Below, piece after piece: positions 8,776 through 14,711 of a DNA stretch of 32,000 nt. The stretch is from Kineococcus radiotolerans SRS30216 = ATCC BAA-149. Lineage in GTDB: Bacteria > Actinomycetota > Actinomycetes > Actinomycetales > Kineococcaceae. The notes beneath the pieces are model-generated. The model was not told where the DNA came from. It worked only from the letters and a program-made list of their open reading frames with translations, and did no database searches. Within the stretch, counting starts at the first letter, position 1, and the number at the start of each line of letters is the position of its first letter. The translations under genes were made by a program, and so were the position numbers. The stretch is taken from contig NC_009664.2 of assembly GCF_000017305.1 (NCBI RefSeq), positions 1,620,001 through 1,652,000 of the forward strand. The letters run 5' to 3'.

Positions 8776-9064
8776 GCCCCGGGCGCCGGGCCAGCACGAG
8801 CCCGGTGACGGCCAGGGCCAGTCCCGCCGCGGCCACCGCGACGGCGGTGGGGCGCTGACCCTGCAGGCGGAGCAGGACCGCGGCGGAGCTGACGAGCAGG
8901 GCGAGGCCCAGGCTGACCCCCTCGGCCAGCCGGGGGCCGCCGACGCGGGCCCGGGCGGGGGCGCGGTGACGGCCGGGGCCACGGTTCCCCGGCCCCCGCG
9001 GCGGCGCCGCCGAGGGAGCGGGGGGCGCCGGGCCGCGGGAGGTCACCCGCCGATCGTGGAGCAC
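8744..9064 (-). CDS. Hypothetical small membrane protein (two hydrophobic segments); doubtful
   Basis: 106-aa ORF with high G/C at codon position 3 and two TM-like stretches ([36 protein letters not shown]). The N-terminal half is Pro/Arg/Gly-rich, and the 3' end overlaps the MCP gene by 32 nt. No recognisable family. Confidence 0.25.
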   Translation of the reverse strand: MLHDRRVTSRGPAPPAPSAAPPRGPGNRGPGRHRAPARARVGGPRLAEGVSLGLALLVSSAAVLLRLQGQRPTAVAVAAAGLALAVTGLVLARRPGLRRGSGSPDR

Positions 9065-9232
9065 CCGGCGGGGCGGCGGGGGCCGCTCGCGCCCGGTTCA
9101 CCGGGACGGCGCGGCGGGCTCACCGGCGGTGGGCGGCCGCTGCCGCACCGTGGCCGGGACGACGGTCCCGGTGGCCCCGACCGGGCGAGTGCGGACGCCG
9201 CCGCGGGCGGAGCCGACGCCGGGACCGAGGGG

Positions 9233-10267
9233 TCAGCCGACCCGGTCGGCGACCGTCGCCGCGTAGATCTCCAGCGCCCGGCGCGCGGGCGTGTCCGGCA
9301 GGGCCAGCAGGTGCGTCGCGGCGCGGTGGGCCCACTCGCGCGCGCTCGCCCGGGCGGCCTCGGTGACGGGGTGGTCGCGCAGCGCGGACACCGCCTCGGC
9401 CAGCACGTCGTCGTCGGCCAGGCGCCCGGAGTCCAGCAGCGCCACGACCCGGCGCGCGGCGACGTCGCCCGCGGCGGCGGCCCGGCGGGCCAGCAGCACC
9501 GGCAGCGTCGGCACGCCCTCGCGCAGGTCCGTCCCCGGGCGCTTGCCGGAGTCGTCGACGTCGCTGGTGAGGTCCAGGACGTCGTCGGCGAGCTGGAAGG
9601 CGACGCCGACGTCCTCGCCGTAGCGGACCATCGCCGTGACCGTCTCGCCGGACCCGCCGGCGAACATCGCGCCGAAGCGGCCCGCGGTGGCGATGAGGGA
9701 GGCCGTCTTGTCGCTGAGGACGTCGAGGTAGTGCTCGACGGGGTCCTCGCCCGGCTTGGGCCCCACGGTCTCGTGCAGCTGCCCCAGGCAGAGCCGCTCG
9801 AAGGTCTCGGCCTGCAGCCGGACGGCCTCCGGGCCCAGGCCCGCGACGACGTTGGAGGCGCGGGCGAAGAGCAGGTCCCCGGTGAGGATGGCGACGTTGT
9901 TGCCGTAGACGAGCTGGGCCGCGGCCGCCCCCCGCCGCGTGGGCGCGGAGTCCATGACGTCGTCGTGGTAGAGCGAGGCGAGGTGGGTGAGCTCCACGAC
10001 GACGGCGGCGTCGAGCACCGCGGAGGGGACCTCCGGCGCGGACCCCGCGAGGTGGGCGCCGAGCAGGGTCAGCATGGGCCGCACCCGCTTGCCGCCGGCC
10101 TCGACGAGGTGGCGGGAGGCGGCGTCGGCGATGGGGTCGGCGTTGCCGACGGCCAGCCGCAGGCGCGCCTCGACCACGTCGAGCGCCTCGCGCAGCGCGG
10201 TCTCCAGCGCCGGGTCGGCCGTGGGGAGACCGCTCGCGGCGGTGGCGGTGTTCAGCGAGGTGTTCAC
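9233..10267 (-). CDS. Long-chain polyprenyl diphosphate synthase (heptaprenyl/GrcC1/HepT-like, menaquinone side chain)
   Basis: 344 aa from GTG 10267 (VNTSLNT...). First and second Asp-rich motifs are present: LYHDDVMDS and FQLADDVLDL. The upstream part of track ORF 9233..11287 is a shadow of the reductase gene. The start overlaps the upstream stop (GTGA at 10264-10267). Confidence 0.85.
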   Translation of the reverse strand: MNTSLNTATAASGLPTADPALETALREALDVVEARLRLAVGNADPIADAASRHLVEAGGKRVRPMLTLLGAHLAGSAPEVPSAVLDAAVVVELTHLASLYHDDVMDSAPTRRGAAAAQLVYGNNVAILTGDLLFARASNVVAGLGPEAVRLQAETFERLCLGQLHETVGPKPGEDPVEHYLDVLSDKTASLIATAGRFGAMFAGGSGETVTAMVRYGEDVGVAFQLADDVLDLTSDVDDSGKRPGTDLREGVPTLPVLLARRAAAAGDVAARRVVALLDSGRLADDDVLAEAVSALRDHPVTEAARASAREWAHRAATHLLALPDTPARRALEIYAATVADRVG

Positions 10268-11556
10268 GTGGCAGGGGCCAATCGCTTCAGCGCCACGACC
10301 ACGCGGTCGGTGGCGTCCTTCGACGTGGGATCGGCCAGGTTGGCCAGGAGCTTCACGACGAGCTTCATCAGCCCCGGCCGCGGCAGGCCGAAGCGCGTGG
10401 CGATGCGCATGACCTCGGGGTGACCGATGAGGGAGACGAACACGCGACCCAGGGTGTAGTACCCACCGAGGTCCGCGCGAACCGCGGCGGGGTAGGCCTG
10501 GAGCGCGCGCTCGCGGGCGCGGGCGTCGGGGGCCGAGAGCGCCTCGTCGACGGCGCGGGCCGCGAACCGCGCCGACTGCATGGCGTAGGCGATGCCCTCG
10601 CCGTTGAAGGGGTTGACCATGCCGCCGGCGTCGCCGACCAGCACGAGCCCGCGGGTGTAGTGCGGGGTGCGGTTGAAGGCCATCGGCAGGGCGGCGCCGC
10701 GGATGGGGCCGACCTGGTCCTCCTCGCGGAAACGCCACTCCGGGGGCATGGCCGCGGTCCAGCGGCGCAGCAGGTCGCGGTAGTCGACGTCGCCGGAGCC
10801 GGCGCCGGGGTCCAGGACCCCGAGGCCGACGTTGGAGGTGCCGTCGCCGACGCCGAAGACCCAGCCGTAGCCGGGCAGGAGGGGACCGCTGGAGCTGTCG
10901 CCCTCGCGCAGCTCCATCCACGCCTCCATCCAGTCGTCGTCGTGGCGCGGGCTGGTGAAGTAGGTGCGCACGGCGATCCCGAGCGGGCGGTCCTCGCGCT
11001 TGGCCAGGCCCATCGACAGCGCCAGCCGGCCGCCGACGCCGTCGGCGGCCACGACGACGGGGGCGCGGTAGGTGGTCCCCTCCCCCGCCTTGCGGCCCTT
11101 CTCGTCGACCGGGCGCGCGGTGACGCCGACGACGTGGCCGGTGCGCTCGTCCAGGACGGGCCCGGTCACCGAGGTGCGCTCGAGGACGGTGGCCCCGCCC
11201 TCGCGGGCGTGCTCGGCGAGGGCCTGGTCGAAGCGGGAGCGGGTGTGGACGAGCCCGTGGCCGGGGTAGTCGGAGATCTCCGGCCACGGCACCTGCAGCC
11301 GGACCCCGCCGCCCAGCAGCCGCAGGCCGCGGTTGCGGGCCCAGCCGTCCTCGGCCGGGGTCTTCAGGCCCAGCAGGTCCAGCTCGTGGACGGCGCGCGG
11401 GGTGAGGCCGTCGCCGCAGACCTTCTCGCGGGGGAAGGAGGACTTCTCCAGCACGAGGACGCGGTGGCCCGCGGTCGCCAGGTGGCGGGCCAGCGTCGAG
11501 CCGGCCGGCCCGGCGCCGACGACCAGCACGTCGGCGTCCTGCGTCTGCACGGTCAC
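10264..11556 (-). CDS. menJ: Geranylgeranyl reductase family FAD-dependent oxidoreductase (menaquinone prenyl reductase, MenJ-like)
   Basis: FAD motif DVLVVGAGPAGS, then the GDG/CGDGLT region. About 430 aa from GTG 11556, which has GGAGGG 6 nt upstream. Sits directly upstream of the polyprenyl synthase, as with M. tuberculosis MenJ-GrcC1 (from memory). Confidence 0.8.
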   Translation of the reverse strand: MTVQTQDADVLVVGAGPAGSTLARHLATAGHRVLVLEKSSFPREKVCGDGLTPRAVHELDLLGLKTPAEDGWARNRGLRLLGGGVRLQVPWPEISDYPGHGLVHTRSRFDQALAEHAREGGATVLERTSVTGPVLDERTGHVVGVTARPVDEKGRKAGEGTTYRAPVVVAADGVGGRLALSMGLAKREDRPLGIAVRTYFTSPRHDDDWMEAWMELREGDSSSGPLLPGYGWVFGVGDGTSNVGLGVLDPGAGSGDVDYRDLLRRWTAAMPPEWRFREEDQVGPIRGAALPMAFNRTPHYTRGLVLVGDAGGMVNPFNGEGIAYAMQSARFAARAVDEALSAPDARARERALQAYPAAVRADLGGYYTLGRVFVSLIGHPEVMRIATRFGLPRPGLMKLVVKLLANLADPTSKDATDRVVVALKRLAPAT

Positions 11557-11582
11557 CTCGGACCCTCCGCTAGAACCTCTGC

Positions 11583-11600
11583 TCGTGAAAACTTTCACGA
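11583..11600. promoter_or_regulatory. 18-bp palindrome TCGTGAAA-AC-TTTCACGA; Rex-type (TTGTGAA-N4-TTCACAA) or CRP-type (TGTGA-N6-TCACA) operator candidate
   Basis: Perfect 8-bp arms, read directly. Located 27-44 nt upstream of the menJ-like start codon, in the most AT-rich segment of the window. Confidence 0.5.
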
Positions 11601-11610
11601 AGTCGTGTCG

Positions 11611-11616
11611 AGTGTA
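11611..11616 (-). promoter_or_regulatory. Candidate -10 hexamer TACACT (minus strand) for the menJ-like operon
   Basis: Minus-strand reading is ...ggtggagaacTACACTcgacacgacTTCGTGAAAGTTTTCACGA... The hexamer fits TANNNT and lies just upstream of the palindrome. No clear -35. Confidence 0.25.
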
Positions 11617-11665
11617 GTTCTCCACCGTCGCCGGCGCGTGCCCGCGAGGCCCGGTGTGGGTGAGG

Positions 11666-12430
11666 TCACGGCCTCGGGGCGACGTCCTCCGGCGGCGTCG
11701 GGACCGGGCCCGGCGAGCGCACGGCCCGGTGCACGGCCACCACCCCGAAGGAGAGGTTCCGCCAGGCCACCCGCTGCCAGCCCGCCGCCGCGATCCGCCC
11801 GGCCAGCCCGGCCTGGTCCGGCCACGCGTCGATGGACTCCACCAGGTAGCCGTAGGCGTCGCCGTGGGAGCTGACCAGCTTCGCCACCCGCGGCAGGCCG
11901 TGGTGCAGGTACGTGTCGTAGGCCTTGCGCAGCAACGGGTTCGGCAGGGTGGAGAACTCGCACACGACGAGGCGGCCGCCCGGGCGCACGACGCGGGCCA
12001 TCTCCCGCAGACCCGCGTCGGGGTCCACGACGTTGCGCAGGCCGAAGGAGATCGTGGCCGCGTCGAAGACCCCGTCGGCGAACGGCAGCCGCGTCGCGTC
12101 GCCCACGACGAAGCCGAGGTCGGGGCGGCGGCGCTTGCCCGCGCGCACCATGCCGGTGGAGAAGTCGCAGGGGACGGTGAGGACGCCGCGGTCGGCGAAG
12201 GGCTCGCTGGAGCGGCCGGTGCCGGCGGCGAGGTCGAGGACCTTCTCCCCCGGGCGGGCGTCGACGGCGCGCCGCACCGCGCGCCGCCACCAGCGGTCCT
12301 GGCCGGCGGAGAGGATGTCGTTGGTGCGGTCGTACTTCTCCGCGACGTCGTCGAACATGGCCGAGACCTGCTGCGGCCGCTTGCTCAGGTCGGCCAGCTC
12401 CCGCTGGGGGGTGACGTCGGAGGTAACCAC
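11666..12430 (-). CDS. menG: Demethylmenaquinone methyltransferase (UbiE/MenG family, class I SAM-dependent)
   Basis: ...[28 protein letters not shown]... and SAM motif VLDLAAGTG, typical UbiE/MenG. Start set at GTG 12430 (VVTSDVTPQ...); the rest of track ORF 11666..13288 is a shadow of menD. Confidence 0.85.
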   Translation of the reverse strand: MVTSDVTPQRELADLSKRPQQVSAMFDDVAEKYDRTNDILSAGQDRWWRRAVRRAVDARPGEKVLDLAAGTGRSSEPFADRGVLTVPCDFSTGMVRAGKRRRPDLGFVVGDATRLPFADGVFDAATISFGLRNVVDPDAGLREMARVVRPGGRLVVCEFSTLPNPLLRKAYDTYLHHGLPRVAKLVSSHGDAYGYLVESIDAWPDQAGLAGRIAAAGWQRVAWRNLSFGVVAVHRAVRSPGPVPTPPEDVAPRP

Positions 12431-12487
12431 CCCGGCATTCTCGCAGCCCGGCCACGACGCCACCGCCCGAGGCGTGGCCGGCCCCGG

Positions 12488-12514
12488 CCCACCCCCGTCC
12501 ACGGGACGGGTGGG
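12488..12514 (-). terminator. GC-rich stem-loop immediately downstream of the menD stop (possible intrinsic terminator/attenuator between menD and menG)
   Basis: CCCGTCC(12494-12500)-acg-GGACGGG(12504-12510), extended after a 2-nt bulge by CCCA(12488-12491)/TGGG(12511-12514). No U-tract. Confidence 0.35.
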
Positions 12515-12546
12515 GGCGGGCGGGGGCGGGCGGGGGACGGGCGGGG
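12503..12546 (+). repeat. G-run tract with tandem GGGGGCGGGC decamers (G-quadruplex-forming motif on the plus strand, C-rich on the menD/menG mRNA strand)
   Basis: GGGacGGGtGGGGGcGGGcGGGGGcGGGcGGGGGacGGGcGGGG: nine G-runs of at least 3 with 1-2 nt loops. Two perfect copies and one imperfect copy of a 10-nt unit. Confidence 0.6.
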
Positions 12547-14214
12547 TCAGGCGACGGCGGCGCGGACGGCGGCGGCGATGCGCTCCAAGCGCGGGCGGAC
12601 CCGGTCGCGGGCGGTGACGAGCTCGACGACCCGCAGCCCGCGCGGGCGGGCGGTCAGCGCGGCGAGGGCCTCCGCGCGGGTCGCGGGACGCGAGTGCGCG
12701 ACGCCGAACGCTGCGCACAGGGCGGCCACGTCCACCCCGTGCGGGGTCGCCACCACCCGCTCGAAGGTGGCGCGGTCCACGGCGGAGGCGTGCTCGAGGG
12801 TCTCGAAGATCCCCCCGCCGTCGTCGTTGACGACGACGACGGTCAGGTCGGGACGGACCTCCCCCGGCACCGGCAGCAGCGCGTTCGCGTCGTGCAGGAA
12901 GGCCAGGTCCCCCAGCAGCAGCCGCGTCGGGCCGGTGGCCAGCGCGACGCCCTCGGCGGTGGCGGTCGTGCCGTCGATGCCGGCCAGGCCGCGGTTGGAG
13001 ACGGTGCGGACCCCCAGCGGGCGGGCGGTCAGGTCGACGTCGCGGATCGCGTTGCTGGCCGCGACGACCAGGGTGGAGCCGTCGGCGGCGCAGGCGGCCA
13101 CGACCTCCCGGGCCGCCCAGGGGCCGCTCAGCCCGGCCTCGGCGTCGAGGGCCGCGTCGACGGCGTCGGCGGCCAGCTTGCCCGCCCGGTCCCAGCGGGC
13201 GGCGAACTCCTGCTCCCCCGCGCCCGGCGGGCCCTGCACCTGCGCGGCGGGCACGACGCGCGCGGCGCGGAAGCCCGCGTCGGACCACGTCCCCGCGGCG
13301 CTGACCACGACCAGCTCGACGTCGTCGCGGGCCAGCAGGCGCGTCACCGGGCGCGAGAGCGTGGGGTGGCCGAAGAGCACCACCCGCTCCACCGCGCCCA
13401 GCGGGCCCTCGGCGTCGACCGCGTCCAGCAGCAGCCGGTAGGGACCGACGGCGCGCTCGCCCCCGCGCGCCCCGGAGCTGGGCTCGGCCAGCAGCGGCCA
13501 GCCCGCGGACTCCGCCAGCTCCCGCGCGGCGGCCCCGGTGGCGGGGTCGGGGGCGTCGCCGGCGAGGACGAGGGTGCGCGGCCCACGCTCCAGCGCGACC
13601 GGCGCGGGAGCCCCCGGCCCGTGGACCTGCGTCAGCCCCGGGCCCGGGGGGACGTCACCCGGGGAGGGGGTCAGCGGGTCGGCGAAGCCCACGTTGAGGT
13701 GCACCGGGCCCGGTCCGTCCCCGCGCAGGCCGCGGGCGAAGGCCACCGCGCGCGAGAGCAGCGAGCGCCACGCCGGCGCCTGCCGGTCCGGGTCGACGGG
13801 GGCCGGCACGTCGGCGCTGTAGCGCACCGAGGGCAGGAACATCCGCGCCTGGGCGTCGGCGGTCTGGCTGGCGCCGGAGCCGCGCAGCTCGTGCGGGCGG
13901 TCCGCGGAGAGCACCACCAGCGGGACGCCGGCGTGGTGGGCCTCCAGGACGGCCGGGTGCAGGTTCGCGACGGCCGTGCCGGACGTGGTGACGACGGCGA
14001 CCAGTTCACCCGCCCGGGCGAGGCCCAGGGCGAGGAAGCCGGCGCTGCGCTCGTCGACGCGCACGTGCAGGGTCAGCCGGCCCTCGTCGGCGGCCCGGGC
14101 GGCGGCGTAGGCCAGCGGGGCGCTGCGCGAGCCGGGGCTGAGCACGAGGTGGCGCAGGCCGAGCCGGACCAGGGTGTCGACGAGGACCGTCGCGAGGGCG
14201 GTCGAGGGGTTCAC
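12547..14214 (-). CDS. menD: 2-succinyl-5-enolpyruvyl-6-hydroxy-3-cyclohexene-1-carboxylate (SEPHCHC) synthase
   Basis: 555 aa from GTG 14214 ([37 protein letters not shown]...), a ThDP-enzyme layout typical of MenD. The 131 upstream codons of the track ORF are shadow sequence. Confidence 0.9.
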   Translation of the reverse strand: MNPSTALATVLVDTLVRLGLRHLVLSPGSRSAPLAYAAARAADEGRLTLHVRVDERSAGFLALGLARAGELVAVVTTSGTAVANLHPAVLEAHHAGVPLVVLSADRPHELRGSGASQTADAQARMFLPSVRYSADVPAPVDPDRQAPAWRSLLSRAVAFARGLRGDGPGPVHLNVGFADPLTPSPGDVPPGPGLTQVHGPGAPAPVALERGPRTLVLAGDAPDPATGAAARELAESAGWPLLAEPSSGARGGERAVGPYRLLLDAVDAEGPLGAVERVVLFGHPTLSRPVTRLLARDDVELVVVSAAGTWSDAGFRAARVVPAAQVQGPPGAGEQEFAARWDRAGKLAADAVDAALDAEAGLSGPWAAREVVAACAADGSTLVVAASNAIRDVDLTARPLGVRTVSNRGLAGIDGTTATAEGVALATGPTRLLLGDLAFLHDANALLPVPGEVRPDLTVVVVNDDGGGIFETLEHASAVDRATFERVVATPHGVDVAALCAAFGVAHSRPATRAEALAALTARPRGLRVVELVTARDRVRPRLERIAAAVRAAVA

Positions 14215-14289
14215 CCCTCCATGGTGCGCCCCACCGGCTGTGGCAGCCTGCGGCGGGTGACGCAGCCGACACCGCCGCCCGCGCCCCCG

Positions 14290-14685
14290 ATGGACGAGGT
14301 CCTGGCCTCCTTCACCCCCGGCACCCTCGTCGAGCGGATGGGCATCGCGTTCGTCGAGATGAGCCCGCAGCGGGTCGTCGCGACGATGCCCGTGGCGGGC
14401 AACACCCAGGTCGCGGGCTTCCTGCACGGCGGGGCGAGCTGCGTGCTGGCCGAGACGCTGGGCTCGGTGGGGGCCCTCCTGCACGTCTGGCCCGGCGGGC
14501 TCGCGCTGGGCACCGACATCAACGCCACCCACCACCGCTCCGTCCGCTCCGGGCTGGTGACGGGGGTGGCCACCGCGATCTCGCTGGGGCGCACGCTGTG
14601 CAGCCACGAGGTCGTGATCTCCGACGAGGAGGGCCGGCGGCTGTGCACCGCGCGGATCACCAACTACGTCCGGGCGGCCGGCTGA
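14290..14685 (+). CDS. Hotdog-fold thioesterase of the PaaI/YdiI/YbdB type (candidate 1,4-dihydroxy-2-naphthoyl-CoA hydrolase)
   Basis: 131 aa from ATG 14290 (MDEVLASF...). Signature ATMPV...GFLHGGASCVLAETLGS...INATHHRS...DEEGRRLCTARIT matches the PaaI/YdiI family pattern. An in-frame ATG at 14221 is an alternative start. Confidence 0.75.
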   Translation: MDEVLASFTPGTLVERMGIAFVEMSPQRVVATMPVAGNTQVAGFLHGGASCVLAETLGSVGALLHVWPGGLALGTDINATHHRSVRSGLVTGVATAISLGRTLCSHEVVISDEEGRRLCTARITNYVRAAG

Positions 14686-14687
14686 GC

Positions 14688-14711
14688 GACCCCGCGGCGG
14701 GCCGCGGGGTC
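14688..14711. terminator. Perfect 10-bp GC stem-loop between convergent genes (bidirectional terminator candidate)
   Basis: GACCCCGCGG-cggg-CCGCGGGGTC. Starts 3 nt after the thioesterase stop and overlaps the mprF stop codon (14710-14712). No T-tract. Confidence 0.55.

Noticed and set aside
7326-9101. 591-aa and 511-aa minus-strand ORFs antisense to the MCP gene
   Set aside because: The MCP frame carries the invariant signalling hairpin. The antisense frames are Ala/Ser/Arg-rich mirror translations of an Ala-rich coiled coil.
12503-12546. Short tandem GGGGGCGGGC repeats considered as a possible CRISPR or minisatellite
   Set aside because: The units are only 10 nt, with no spacers and no cas genes. 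It is reported instead as a G-run/G4-type simple repeat.
14221-14289. Upstream in-frame ATG (14221) as the start of the thioesterase
   Set aside because: It would place two divergent start codons only 6 bp apart (menD GTG at 14214) and add a 23-aa Pro/Thr-rich extension absent from the family core. ATG 14290 is preferred, but 14221 cannot be excluded without data.
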